NCBI GenBank assembly: GCA_963767925.1
Contig: CAVYGB010000008.1
Location: forward strand, 2,784,001 to 2,848,000
Direction of reading: 5' to 3'
DNA length: 64,000 bases
Origin: an uncultured delta proteobacterium
Lineage (GTDB): Bacteria > Myxococcota_A > Polyangia > Fen-1088
The position numbers were made by a program, and so were the translations under genes. A model generated the notes under the pieces. The model saw only the letters and a list, made by a program, of their open reading frames with translations, had not been told where the DNA came from and searched no databases. Shown here piece after piece: positions 42,711-53,000 of this stretch; positions within the stretch are counted from its first letter, which is position 1, and every line of letters starts with the position of its first letter.

Positions 42711-43664
42711 GTGAGCCAGGCCAAGCACCCCGACCGCGCCCAGCCCGCCCCCTCGCCGAACACCCCCCGCAGCGGGGGCATCGACGTGGCCGCCCTGATG
42801 CGGATCCAGTCGCTCGAGCTGCGGGCCCGCGGGCTTGTCGAGGGGCTGTGGCGGGGCCTGCACCGGAGCCCCTACCACGGCTTCTCGGTCGAGTTCACCG
42901 AATACCGCCCCTACAGCCCGGGCGACGACGTGCGCTTCCTCGACTGGCGCCTCTACGCCCGCAGCGATCGGGACTACATCAAGAAGTTCGAGGACGAGAC
43001 CAACCTGCGCTGCCACCTGCTGTTCGACCACAGCCGGTCGATGTCCTACGGCTCGCGCGGCTGGAGCAAGGCCGACTACGGGGCCACGCTGGCCGCCACC
43101 CTCGCCTCCTTCCTGTTCCAGCAGGGAGACGCGGTCGGCCTCACGACCTTCGCCGGCCAGATCGACGATCACCTGCCGGCGCGCAACCGCCCCGGCCACC
43201 TGCGGCGGCTGCTGGCCGCCCTGGAGCGGCCGGCCGAGGGGCGGGCCACCGCGGTGGGGCGGGCCCTCGAGCACGCCGCCGAGCTGCTGCGCCGGCGGGG
43301 CATGGTGGTACTGCTGTCCGACCTGCTGGTGCCGCTGGCCGAGTGCGAGCGCCCGCTGGCCGCCCTGCGGGCGGCCGGCCACGAGGTGGTGGTCTTCCAG
43401 ATCCTCGATCCGGCCGAGCGCACGCTGGACCTGGAGGGGCCCAGCCTGCTGCGGGACCTCGAGTCCGATCAGCTCCTGCACGTCGACCCGACGGCCGCCC
43501 GGCCCGCCTACCAGCGGGCCCTCGAGCGGCACCTGACCGAGGTGACGAGCCTGTGCGCCCGGCTGGGGGTGGACCGCCACCTCTACCTCACCGACCGGCC
43601 GCTCGAGTCGGCCCTGCTGCAGTTCCTCGGCGAGCGGGCGCAGCGGGGGAGGCAGCGGCGGTGA
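42711..43664 (+). CDS. DUF58 vWA-like protein
   Basis: GLHRSPYHGFSVEFTEYRPY.PGDD...DW; MIDAS-like DHSRS. Confidence 0.93.
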   Translation: MSQAKHPDRAQPAPSPNTPRSGGIDVAALMRIQSLELRARGLVEGLWRGLHRSPYHGFSVEFTEYRPYSPGDDVRFLDWRLYARSDRDYIKKFEDETNLRCHLLFDHSRSMSYGSRGWSKADYGATLAATLASFLFQQGDAVGLTTFAGQIDDHLPARNRPGHLRRLLAALERPAEGRATAVGRALEHAAELLRRRGMVVLLSDLLVPLAECERPLAALRAAGHEVVVFQILDPAERTLDLEGPSLLRDLESDQLLHVDPTAARPAYQRALERHLTEVTSLCARLGVDRHLYLTDRPLESALLQFLGERAQRGRQRR

Positions 43665-45850
43665 GCTTCCTCTACCCCCTGTTCCTGCTGGCCCTCGGCG
43701 GGCTGGCGGTGCCGGTCGTCCTGCACCTGGCCCGCCGGCGCACCCGGCGCGAGATCCCCTTCAGCTCCCTGCGTTTCCTCGACCCCAGCCCGCCGAAGTT
43801 CGAGAGCCGGCGCCGCATCGAGAACTGGCTGCTGCTGGTCCTGCGCTGCCTGGCCATCGCCCTGCTGGCCGGCGCCTTCGCCCGCCCCCTGTTCACCCGG
43901 CCGCTGCCGGGGATGACGGCGGCCGAGGGGCGCCGCCTGCTGGTGCTCGTCGACACGAGCGCCTCGATGCGCCGGGAGGGCCTCTGGTCGCAGGCGGTGA
44001 CCCGGGTGCGCGGCCACCTCGACGGCGCCGCCACGAGCGACCGGGTGGCCCTGCTGGCCTTCGACCGGCGCACCCGCCCGCTGATCCGGTTCGAGGAGTG
44101 GGCGGAGGCGACCGCCAGCGCACGTGCCGGGCTGATCGCCGCCCGCCTGGAGGCGGCGGCGCCCACCTGGGCGGGCACCGACCTGGGAGCGGCGCTGGTT
44201 GGCGCCGCCGAGGCGCTGCTCGACGACGAGGCCTCGCGCCGGGGCGGGCCGGCCATCGGCGAGCAGGTGGTGGTGCTGGTGAGCGATCTGCAGCAGGGCA
44301 GCCGGCTGTCCGCGCTGGGGGCCAGCGACTGGCCCCCGGGGGTCCGACTTGTCGTCGACCCGGTGGCCGACCCGGCGAGCGCCGGGGCGGGCGCCAACCT
44401 GGGCCTGGCGGCGGTGGCCGAGGCCCCCACCGGGGTGTCCGTCGAGCAGGCCGCGCCGAAGATCGGCGTGCGCGTCCTGGCCAGCGGGGAGCCCGGCAGC
44501 CGCGGCCGGGGGTCCCTGCGCTGGGAGACCGGACCCGATGGGGGCGCGGCGACCGCCCGGCCCCTCGAGGTGGAGCTCACCGCCGGCGAGAGCCGGGTGC
44601 TGCGGGTGGCGGGCCCGGCGGTCGGGCCGGGCGGGCTGTCGGGCGTGCTGGCGCTCACCGGCGACCCCCACCCCTTCGACAACCGGCTGGCCGTCGCCCC
44701 CAGCATCGCCCTGGCAGTCGAGGTGCTCTACCTCGGCAACGACGACGGCAAGGACCCCGGCGGCCCCCTGTATTTCCTCGAGCGCGCCCTGCCGGCGACC
44801 CGCAGCCGCGCGCCCCGGATCACGGCCCTGCGGCCGGGCGCGCCCGGCGCGGTCGAGGCGATCGCCCGGGCCCACCTGGTGGTGGTCACGGGCGATCCGC
44901 CGCCCGCGACCGTGGCGGCGCTGAAGGCCCACCTCGAGCGGGGACGGACGCTGCTGACCCTGCCCACCGGCGCGGGGGGCGGCCAGCTCCTCGGCGCGCT
45001 GACCGGGGCCAGCGGCAACCTGGCGCTGCGCGAGGCCCCGCCGGGGCGGGAGGTGGTCCTAACCGAGCTCGACCTCGGTGACCCGGTGCTGGCGCCGTTC
45101 GCCGACGGGCGCTTCAGCGACTTCACGAAGGTCCGCTTCTGGAAGCGGCGGCTGCTCGATCCCCGGCCCCTGCCCGGCGCGCGGGTGCTGGCCCGCTTCG
45201 ACGACGGCTCGCCCGCCTGGGTGACCGCCCGGGTGGGGCGGGGCCTGCTCTGGGTGATGACCTCGAGCTGGCACCCCGCCGACAGCCAGCTCGCCCTCTC
45301 CTCCAAGTTCGTGCCCCTGCTCTGGAGCCTGCTCGAGAGCAGCGCCGGGCTGGGCTCGGGGCAGGCCCAGTTCTTCGTGGGAGACGAGGTTGGGTTGCCG
45401 CCCTGGGCGGTCGCCGCGGGCGCGGGCCTGACCGTGCGCACCCCCGCGGGCACCCGCACGCCTCTGCCCGCCGGGGCGGCCGTCTTCGCGGGCACCGACG
45501 AGCCGGGCCTGTACGCCCTCGAGGCGCCCGGGCAGCCGGCCCTCGTGTTCGCGGTGAATTTGCCGCCGCCCGAGAGCGTCGTGGTGCCGATGCCGGTCGA
45601 GCAGCTCGAGCGGCTCGGGATCCAGCTCGCCGAGACCGGCACGGCGGCGCAGGCCAGCGCCACCCGGCCGGTGCCGGTCGAGGAGCGGCGGCGACGCTCG
45701 GCGTTTTTCCTCGAGCTCGAGGCGCAGCAGCGCACCTGGCGATGGCTCCTCGCGGCGGCCCTGCTCGTGCTGGTGGCAGAGACGCTGCTGGCGGGCCGCC
45801 TGCGGCGCCCGACCCGATCCCTCACACAGACTGCGGAGGAGGTCCCGTGA
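43661..45850 (+). CDS. BatA N-terminal + vWA domain membrane protein
   Basis: SFLYP...PVVLHL...FSSLRFL, LLVLRCLAI..FARP, DTSASM, SDLQ, C-terminal TM; GTGA overlap. Confidence 0.9.
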   Translation: MSFLYPLFLLALGGLAVPVVLHLARRRTRREIPFSSLRFLDPSPPKFESRRRIENWLLLVLRCLAIALLAGAFARPLFTRPLPGMTAAEGRRLLVLVDTSASMRREGLWSQAVTRVRGHLDGAATSDRVALLAFDRRTRPLIRFEEWAEATASARAGLIAARLEAAAPTWAGTDLGAALVGAAEALLDDEASRRGGPAIGEQVVVLVSDLQQGSRLSALGASDWPPGVRLVVDPVADPASAGAGANLGLAAVAEAPTGVSVEQAAPKIGVRVLASGEPGSRGRGSLRWETGPDGGAATARPLEVELTAGESRVLRVAGPAVGPGGLSGVLALTGDPHPFDNRLAVAPSIALAVEVLYLGNDDGKDPGGPLYFLERALPATRSRAPRITALRPGAPGAVEAIARAHLVVVTGDPPPATVAALKAHLERGRTLLTLPTGAGGGQLLGALTGASGNLALREAPPGREVVLTELDLGDPVLAPFADGRFSDFTKVRFWKRRLLDPRPLPGARVLARFDDGSPAWVTARVGRGLLWVMTSSWHPADSQLALSSKFVPLLWSLLESSAGLGSGQAQFFVGDEVGLPPWAVAAGAGLTVRTPAGTRTPLPAGAAVFAGTDEPGLYALEAPGQPALVFAVNLPPPESVVVPMPVEQLERLGIQLAETGTAAQASATRPVPVEERRRRSAFFLELEAQQRTWRWLLAAALLVLVAETLLAGRLRRPTRSLTQTAEEVP

Positions 45851-48800
45851 CCCAACCGTCCCTCAACGTTCAGCTCGGCGATCTCTTGCGGAGCGCGCTC
45901 GAGCCCCTCATGGGCCGCGAGCGACGCCGCCAGCTCCTGGCCGCCTGGGCGGTCGTCGGGGCAGTCGCGGCCGCGCTGGCGCTGGCCCTGCGGCTGGGCG
46001 AGGAGCACCGGGGCTGGGCGGTCGGGCCGCTCTGGTGGGTGCTCCTGGCCACCGCCGCGGCGGCCGCCTTCGTGGCTTGGCTCCGGGTCCGGCGCCGGTC
46101 CCTCGACGTGCGACGGGCGGCCCGGCTGGTCGAGGAGGCCAACCCCGAGCTGTCGGCCATCTTGTTGACCGCGGTGGCGCAGGCCCCGCGCGACGCGGGC
46201 GGTCGGCTGAGCTACATGCAGGAAGAGCTCGTGCGCGAGGCCCTGCGCCGCAGCGACCCGCGCTGGGCGGAGGCGGTCTCGCGCCGGCGGCTCAACCTGA
46301 CCGGCGCGGGGGCGGCGCTGGCCGGCGGGGTGGTGCTCTACTGCGCGGTAACCGCCCTCTGGCCCGACCTGCCCTCGCTGTTCGACGACGAATACGGGGC
46401 CCGGGTCAGCCCGGGGCACACCGAGGCCGAACGGGGCAGCAACGTCCTCGTGCTGGCCCGCTTCGACAAGAAGGTCCCCCCGGGGGCCACCTTGACCGTG
46501 CGCCGGCCCGGCAAGCTCCCCCTGCGGATCGAGATGCGCCGGACGCTCGACGATCCCGTGTTCGGCGCCATGACGCCCGCGCTCGACGGCGAGCGGGCCG
46601 AATATTTCGTGGAGTACGGGGGCATCCGCTCTCCGCGCTTCCGCATCTCGGTGTTCGAGATCCCGGAGGTCGACCGGATCGACGCCCGGGTCGAATATCC
46701 CCGGCAGCCGTCCCTGTCGGCCAAGGAGATCAGCGACACCCGTCACCTCACGGTGGTGGCCGGGGCGCGCGTCACCGTGAGCGTGCACCTCAACACGCAG
46801 GCCCGGGAGGTCGCGCTGGTCGGCGGCGAGGCCCAGCCCTTGCGGCTGGCCAGCCGGACGGGGAGCGACGGGCGCGTGTTCTGGGGCGTGCTCACGCCGG
46901 ACCGGACCCGCAAATACGAGATCCTCGTGCGCGACGAGAAGGGGCGCAGCAACAAGGTCCCCTCGCACCTGGTGGTCGAGATCAACCCCAACCAGCCGCC
47001 GCAGATCTCGCTGTCCTTCCCGGGCAAGGACCAGCGCGTGTCGCCGCTCGAGGAGCTGGCGCTCGAGGCCAAGGTCCGCGACGACGTGGGGGTCCTGGCC
47101 TACGGCATCAAGTACCGGCTGGCCGGCCAGCCCGAGAAGGACCTCCGGCTCGGTGGCGTGACCGACAACCGCAAGGCCGTCGCGGCACTTGTGGCCAAGG
47201 CGGCCATCTCCCTCGAGGAGCTGAAGGCGGCGCCCCACCAGCTCCTCACCTACCACTTCTGGGCCGAGGATCTGGACGCCGCCGGCAAGCGGCGCCGGTC
47301 GGGCAGCGACCTCTACTTCGCCGAGGTCCGCCCGTTCGAGGAGCGCTTCCGGGAGGCGCCGGCCGGCGGCCAGGGCGAGATGGGCGAGGGGGGTGAAGGC
47401 TCCCCCGCGGGAAAGCTCGCCCGGGTCCAGAAGGACGTCATGAACGCCAACTGGCGGCTCGAGCGCGACGCCCGGGCAGGGCGGCCCACCCCGGAGCTGG
47501 TCCCCGACGTGGAGACGGTGGTCACCGCCCAGAAAGGGGCCAAGCAGACGGCCGAGGAAATGCGCAGCGAGGTCGGCCACCCGCGCGCCCGGGCCGCGCT
47601 CGGCGAGGCCATCGGGGCCATGGACGAGGCGCTGAGCCGGCTGCGTGGCGCCACCGGCTCGGATCCGGTCGGCTCGCTGGTCAGCGCGCTGGAGGCCGAG
47701 CAGCGGGCCTTCGCCGCCTTGCTCCGGCTGGCCGAGGAGCAGCGGAACGTGAGCCGGCGCAAGGGCGGCGGCGGCGGCGGCGGGGGCGAGGCCAACCTGT
47801 CGGAGCTGTCGAACCTCGAGCTCAAGCAGAAGGACAGCCGCTACGAGACCCGCAGCGAGGCGGCCAGCGCGCGCAAGAAGGCCGGCGCGGCCGACCGGGA
47901 GTCGCTCAGCCGTCTGCAGGAGCTGGCCCGCCGGCAAAAGACGCTGGCCGAGCGGCTGCGCGAGACCCAGGCCGCCCTGGCGGCCGAGAAGGACCTCGAG
48001 GAAGAAGAGAAGCGCCGGCGCCTCAAGCGGCTGCGCGAGGAGCAGCAGGAGCTGCTGGCCGAGCTCGATCAGGTCGCCCGACAGCAGCAGCAGGGCCAGC
48101 AACAGGGGCAGAGCCCGGAGCAGGGGCAGAGCCAGGAGCAGGGCGAGCAGCGCGCCTCCGCGAACGAGCTCGAGCGATCCCGGCAGGAGGCGGCGGCCGC
48201 CAGCCAGGCGCTGGCCGAGGGCGAGATCGGGCGTGCGGTGGGGGCCAGCACCCGGGCGGCCCGCGAGCTCGAGCAGGCCCGCCGCGAGCTGGAGAGAGAG
48301 GTCGGCAGCCGGTTCGAGCAGCAGATGCGCGAGCTGCGCGAGGACGCCCGTCGGGTCGACGAGGAGCAGCAGCGGATCGGCCAGGCGCTCGGCGCCAGCA
48401 GCGGCGGGCAGCTCCCCAACCCCACCGAGGTGCGGCGGCTCGCCTCTGCGGCCGGCAAGCAGAAGGGGGAGACCCAGCGGCTGCTCGACAAGGTGCAGGA
48501 GCTGAGCAGCGAGGCCGAGCCGTCGGCGCCGCTGCTGTCGCGCAAGCTGTACGAGGGGCTGCGCAAGGCCAAGCTGGCCGAGGTCGAGAACGCCCTCGAC
48601 ATCACCGGCCAGCTCCTCGAGCGCAACCTCGCCGACGAGGCCCGCCAGACCGAGCAACACGCCCGCCAGGCCATCGGCGAGCTGCGCAGCAGCGTCGAGG
48701 AGGCCGCCAAGGGGGTCCTCGGCGACGAGGCCCAGGCGTTACGCCGGGCCAAGGCGGAGCTCGACGGGCTGGTGGCGCAGGCCGCGCGCGAGCGCGCGCA

Positions 48801-49488
48801 AGCGCAGGCCGGGGCCGAGGGGCAACCCGGGCAGCAAGGCCAGGGTCAGCCGGGCGCGCAGCCGGGGCAACCGGACGGGCAGCCTGGTCAGCAGGCAGGG
48901 CAGCAACCCGGGCAGCGCGGAGCCCAGGCCCAGGGGCAGCAGCCCGGGCAACCGGGACAGCAGGGCGGGCAGCAACCGGGACAGCAGCCCGGGCAGCAGG
49001 GGCAGGCCTCCGGGCAGCGCGGACGCGGGCAGCAGCCCGGGCAGGAGAGCGGCGGGGGCGGCGGCGAGACCGCCTCGCTGGAGGAGCCCTCCGGGGGCGG
49101 CGAGCCCTCGGGCGGCGGCAGCGGTGGCGGCCCCAACGGCGGCAGCGAGGCCCCCATCACCGGCGAGGGGTTCCGCAGCTTCTCGGACCGGCTGCGCGAC
49201 CTCGAGGACATGCTCGCCGACTCGCGCATGCGCAACCGGGCCGCCCAGGTGCGCGACCGGGCCCGGGCCATGCGCTCGGACTTCCGCAACAGCGGCAAGC
49301 GCCCGGTCCAGAATTTGTTCGAGCAGCAGGTCCTCACGCCGCTCACCGAGCTGCGCGAGACGGTGAACGAGGAGATCGCCCGCCTCGAGCAGGACAACAA
49401 GCTGGTGCCGATCGACCGCGACCCGGTGCCCGGCCAGTACTCCGAGCTCGTGCGCCGGTACTGGAAACGCCTCAGCGAGGGTCGATGA
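45847..49488 (+). CDS. DUF4175-like membrane protein: Ig-like domains, long coiled coil, Gln/Gly-rich tract
   Basis: N-terminal TMs, DDVG, YFAEVRPFE, heptad-rich region, QPGQQ repeats, terminal DRDPVP.QY.ELVRRYW. Confidence 0.8.
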   Translation: MTQPSLNVQLGDLLRSALEPLMGRERRRQLLAAWAVVGAVAAALALALRLGEEHRGWAVGPLWWVLLATAAAAAFVAWLRVRRRSLDVRRAARLVEEANPELSAILLTAVAQAPRDAGGRLSYMQEELVREALRRSDPRWAEAVSRRRLNLTGAGAALAGGVVLYCAVTALWPDLPSLFDDEYGARVSPGHTEAERGSNVLVLARFDKKVPPGATLTVRRPGKLPLRIEMRRTLDDPVFGAMTPALDGERAEYFVEYGGIRSPRFRISVFEIPEVDRIDARVEYPRQPSLSAKEISDTRHLTVVAGARVTVSVHLNTQAREVALVGGEAQPLRLASRTGSDGRVFWGVLTPDRTRKYEILVRDEKGRSNKVPSHLVVEINPNQPPQISLSFPGKDQRVSPLEELALEAKVRDDVGVLAYGIKYRLAGQPEKDLRLGGVTDNRKAVAALVAKAAISLEELKAAPHQLLTYHFWAEDLDAAGKRRRSGSDLYFAEVRPFEERFREAPAGGQGEMGEGGEGSPAGKLARVQKDVMNANWRLERDARAGRPTPELVPDVETVVTAQKGAKQTAEEMRSEVGHPRARAALGEAIGAMDEALSRLRGATGSDPVGSLVSALEAEQRAFAALLRLAEEQRNVSRRKGGGGGGGGEANLSELSNLELKQKDSRYETRSEAASARKKAGAADRESLSRLQELARRQKTLAERLRETQAALAAEKDLEEEEKRRRLKRLREEQQELLAELDQVARQQQQGQQQGQSPEQGQSQEQGEQRASANELERSRQEAAAASQALAEGEIGRAVGASTRAARELEQARRELEREVGSRFEQQMRELREDARRVDEEQQRIGQALGASSGGQLPNPTEVRRLASAAGKQKGETQRLLDKVQELSSEAEPSAPLLSRKLYEGLRKAKLAEVENALDITGQLLERNLADEARQTEQHARQAIGELRSSVEEAAKGVLGDEAQALRRAKAELDGLVAQAARERAQAQAGAEGQPGQQGQGQPGAQPGQPDGQPGQQAGQQPGQRGAQAQGQQPGQPGQQGGQQPGQQPGQQGQASGQRGRGQQPGQESGGGGGETASLEEPSGGGEPSGGGSGGGPNGGSEAPITGEGFRSFSDRLRDLEDMLADSRMRNRAAQVRDRARAMRSDFRNSGKRPVQNLFEQQVLTPLTELRETVNEEIARLEQDNKLVPIDRDPVPGQYSELVRRYWKRLSEGR

Positions 49489-49510
49489 CGCCCGCCCGGA
49501 CCGGTCCCGC

Positions 49511-51823
49511 ATGAGCGCAGGCAACCTCAGCTTCGGCAACGCCGGCTGGCTCGAGCCAGTCCTCCTGCTGTTCGCGGTGGGGGTGATCGCGCTCGTCCTC
49601 GGCTACCGGCGGCTGCCGCCCGATCGGGGCCTGCGCTGGGCGCTCGCCCTCAAGCTCGCCAGCTTGACCCTGCTGGCCCTGGCGGTGCTCGAGCCCTCCT
49701 GGTCGACGCCCCAGGCCCGCCCGGGGGCCAACTTCTTCCTGGTGGTGGCGGACAATAGCCAGAGCCTCCGGCTCAGCGACCGGGGCGACCGCCAGAGCCG
49801 GGGGCAGCGGATGCGCGATCGCCTCACCGGCGACCCGACGCCCACCTGGCTCGGCACCCTCGGCGAGACCTTCCAGCTCCGCCGCTATCTGTTCGACGCC
49901 CGCCTGCGCCGGGTGCCCGACTTCGAGGCCCTGGCCTTCGACGGAGAGGCCTCTCACCTGGGGGGCGCCCTGCGCACGCTGGCCGAGCGCTACCGGGGGA
50001 CGCCCCTGGCCGGAATTTTACTGTTCAGCGACGGCAACGCGACCGACCTCGACCAGCGGCCCCCCGACACGACCGGGCTGCCCCCCATCTACCCGGTGGT
50101 GGTGGGCGGCGACGCCGCCCAGTCGGACGTGGTGCTGGCCCGGCTCGGCGCCAGCCAGACCGCCTTCGAGGACGCGCCCGTCACCATCGAGGCCCAGATC
50201 GACACCGCCGGCCAGTCGGGGCGCCGCCTCACCGTCGAGCTGCGCGACGATCGGGAACAGCTCCTCGAGTCCCAGCTCGTGACCGTGGCCAGCGACGATC
50301 AGACGGCCAACCTCCGCTTCCGGGTCAAGCCCGACCGCCCGGGCCTGCGCCCCTACCGGGTCAACGTGACCGGCGGCGTCCGCGAGGCCACCGCCGCCAA
50401 CAACAGCCGGGTGGTCCTTGTCGAGCGACCGCCCGGGCCCTTCCGGGTCCTCTACGTCGGGGGGCGGCCCAACTGGGAGTACAAGTTCCTCCGCCGGGCC
50501 CACGAGGCCGAGCGGCTGATCGAGCTGGTGGGGCTGATCCGGGTGGCCCGGCGCGAGCCCAAGATGGTGTTCGCCTCCCGGTTCGGAGAGGCGTCCAACC
50601 CCCTTTACCGGGGCTTCGGCGACAAGGGCGAGGAGGCCGAGCGCTACGACGAGCCGGTGCTGGTCCGCCTGGGCACCCGCGATGCTCAGGAGCTGCGCGA
50701 CGGCTTCCCCAGGGTGGCCGAGGTGCTGTTCGGCTACCACGCCCTGGTGCTCGACGATGTCGAGGCCGCCTTCTTCAGCGCCGACCAGCAAGCCCTCGTC
50801 GAGCGGTTCGTGAGCGAGCGCGGCGGCGGCCTGCTCATGCTCGGCGGCCAGGAGTCGTTCCGGCAGGGGGGCTACGAGCGCACGCCCATCGGCGAGCTGC
50901 TGCCCGTGTACCTCGATCGGCTGCCCCAGCAGGGCGCCGTGCCGCCGATGCGCTTCGACCTGAGCCGCGAGGGCTGGCTCGAGGCCTGGGCTCGCCTGCG
51001 CGACAACGAGGCGGCCGAGCGGAACCGGCTGAGCGCGATGCCGGCCTTCCGGGTGCTCAACCGCAGCCGGGCCCTCAAGCCGGGGGCCACCTTGCTGGCC
51101 ACGCTGGGCACCGGCGCCGCCAGCTACCCGGCGCTGGCCGCCCAGCGGGCGGGGGCCGGGCGCGCCGCCGCCCTCACCGTCGGGGACCTGTGGCGCTGGG
51201 GCATGCGCCAGGAGCCCGGGCAGGACGACCTCGGCAAGTTCTGGCGGCAGACCGTGCGCTGGCTGGTCAGCGACGTCCCCGCCCCGGTCGAGGTGCGCCT
51301 GACCCCCCACCCCACCGAGCCCGGCGCCCTCGAGGTCCGGGCGCGGGTGCGGGACAAGGCCTTCCGCCCGGCGGAGAACGCCACCTTGTTGCTCGAGGCC
51401 AGCGGCCCCGACGGCAAGCGCGCGCCGCTGGCCGCCGAGCCGTCGAGCACCGAGCCGGGCGTGTTCGAGGCCAGCTACACCCCGCGCGGCGCCGGCGTGT
51501 ACCGGGCCCACCTGCGGGCCAGCGCGGCCGATGGATCGTTCCTCGGCGACGCGGAGGCGGCGGTGGCGCTCGACCTGGCGGCCGAGGAGAACCGGTCGAT
51601 CCGGCCCAACCGGGCCCTGCTCGAGGACCTGGCCCGGCGCACCGGCGGCACGGTCGTGAGCCCGACCGGCCTGGACGCCTTCGTGCGCGCCCTGCCCGAC
51701 CGCCCGGCGCCCGTGCTCGACACGCGAACGCGGCCGCTGTGGCACTCCTGGATCGTGCTCTTGCTGGCGCTGGCTGGCTTCGCGCTCGAGTGGACCCTCC
51801 GCCGCTCGCGGGGGTTGCCGTGA
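49511..51823 (+). CDS. vWA + Ig-like + class I glutamine amidotransferase-like membrane protein
   Basis: DNSQS, FSDG, VLYVGGRPNWEYKFLRRA, FVSERGGGLLMLGG, WRW, C-terminal EWTLRRSRGL. Confidence 0.82.
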   Translation: MSAGNLSFGNAGWLEPVLLLFAVGVIALVLGYRRLPPDRGLRWALALKLASLTLLALAVLEPSWSTPQARPGANFFLVVADNSQSLRLSDRGDRQSRGQRMRDRLTGDPTPTWLGTLGETFQLRRYLFDARLRRVPDFEALAFDGEASHLGGALRTLAERYRGTPLAGILLFSDGNATDLDQRPPDTTGLPPIYPVVVGGDAAQSDVVLARLGASQTAFEDAPVTIEAQIDTAGQSGRRLTVELRDDREQLLESQLVTVASDDQTANLRFRVKPDRPGLRPYRVNVTGGVREATAANNSRVVLVERPPGPFRVLYVGGRPNWEYKFLRRAHEAERLIELVGLIRVARREPKMVFASRFGEASNPLYRGFGDKGEEAERYDEPVLVRLGTRDAQELRDGFPRVAEVLFGYHALVLDDVEAAFFSADQQALVERFVSERGGGLLMLGGQESFRQGGYERTPIGELLPVYLDRLPQQGAVPPMRFDLSREGWLEAWARLRDNEAAERNRLSAMPAFRVLNRSRALKPGATLLATLGTGAASYPALAAQRAGAGRAAALTVGDLWRWGMRQEPGQDDLGKFWRQTVRWLVSDVPAPVEVRLTPHPTEPGALEVRARVRDKAFRPAENATLLLEASGPDGKRAPLAAEPSSTEPGVFEASYTPRGAGVYRAHLRASAADGSFLGDAEAAVALDLAAEENRSIRPNRALLEDLARRTGGTVVSPTGLDAFVRALPDRPAPVLDTRTRPLWHSWIVLLLALAGFALEWTLRRSRGLP

Positions 51824-52860
51824 GGCGGCCGGGGATGGCCCTCGCCGTCGCGATGTCAGCGGCGGCGGTCGCGCTGGCGCCGGCGGGTCCCGCGCGCGCC
51901 TCGGGCCCGGGAGAGCCGGCCATCCTCCTGGTGCTGGGGGCCGAGGGGAACCCGGAGTACGGCGCCCGCTTCCGCAGCGCCGCCGAGCGCTGGCAAAAGG
52001 CCGCCGAGCGCGCAGGCGCACGCACCACCGTGATCGGCCTGCACGCGGGCGGCGCCGCCGACCGGCGCCGGCTGCAAGACGCCATCGGCGAGCTGGGGGC
52101 GGCGGGGCCGGATCCGCTCTGGCTGGTGCTGATCGGCCACGGCACCTTCGATGGTCGCACCGCCCGCTTCAACCTGCGGGGGCCCGACGTGGCCTCCGAC
52201 GAGCTGGCGGCCTGGCTGAAGCCGAGCAAGCGGCCCCTCGTGATCATCAACGCCGCCTCGGCCAGCGCGCCCTTCCTCGAGCCGCTGAGCGGGCCCGACC
52301 GGGTCATCATCACCGCCACCCGCTCCGGGTCGGAGAAGAACGCCACCCGCTTCGGGGGCTACTTCGCCGACGCCATCGCCGACACCGCCGCCGACCTGGA
52401 TCAGGACGGGGGCATCTCGGTGCTCGAGGCGTTCCTGTTCGCCGCCAAGCGGGTCGAGTCCTCCTACAAGGACGAGGGCCTGCTGGCGACCGAACACCCG
52501 CTGCTCGAGGACAACGGCGACGGCCGCGGCACCCCCGCCTCCTTCTTCAAGGGTCTGGCCCCGGGCCAGCGGGCGGCGGAGGCCGCCGAGCCCGACGGCC
52601 ACCGGGCCCACCAGCTCGCCTTGCTGGCCGCCTCGCCCGAGAAGGCCTTGCCGCCGGCCGTCCGCCGCCGCCGGGACGAGCTGGAGCTGAAGGTGCTCAA
52701 GCTGCGCGACGGCCGCGGCAAGCTCTCGGTCGACGACTACCACGCCCGCCTCGAGCCCCTCCTGCTCGAGCTGGGACGCCTCTACCAGCGCCACGACCCA
52801 CCCCGCCCCGCCGCCCCCGCCCGTCCGACGCCCACCCTGCCGGTTCCCTCCGACCCGTGA
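51820..52860 (+). CDS. Secreted protein with probable caspase/legumain-like fold and EF-hand-like loop
   Basis: Signal peptide; LVLIGHG, IINAASAS, IITATRSGSE, DLDQDGGISVLEAF; GTGA overlap. Confidence 0.65.
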   Translation: MRRPGMALAVAMSAAAVALAPAGPARASGPGEPAILLVLGAEGNPEYGARFRSAAERWQKAAERAGARTTVIGLHAGGAADRRRLQDAIGELGAAGPDPLWLVLIGHGTFDGRTARFNLRGPDVASDELAAWLKPSKRPLVIINAASASAPFLEPLSGPDRVIITATRSGSEKNATRFGGYFADAIADTAADLDQDGGISVLEAFLFAAKRVESSYKDEGLLATEHPLLEDNGDGRGTPASFFKGLAPGQRAAEAAEPDGHRAHQLALLAASPEKALPPAVRRRRDELELKVLKLRDGRGKLSVDDYHARLEPLLLELGRLYQRHDPPRPAAPARPTPTLPVPSDP

Positions 52861-52909
52861 ACGGCGGGCGCCAGGGCGCGCAGCGGGCATGACAGGCGCG
52901 CGCCGGCAA

Positions 52910-52969
52910 ACGGACACGGCGACGGGTACGGCGACGGGCACGACAAGGGAAACGAAAACGGCAACGGCG
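52910..52969. repeat. Degenerate hexamer tandem repeat, (ACGGNN) x10
   Basis: acggac acggcg acgggt acggcg acgggc acgaca agggaa acgaaa acggca acggcg. Confidence 0.65.
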
Positions 52970-53000
52970 CCACCGAGTCAGGGCCGGAGTCGACCGCTTC

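Noticed and set aside
48820..49070. Repetitive GGGCAGCAGCCC tracts, checked as a possible CRISPR array
   Set aside because: They encode the QPGQQ low-complexity region of a CDS; no spacers and no cas genes
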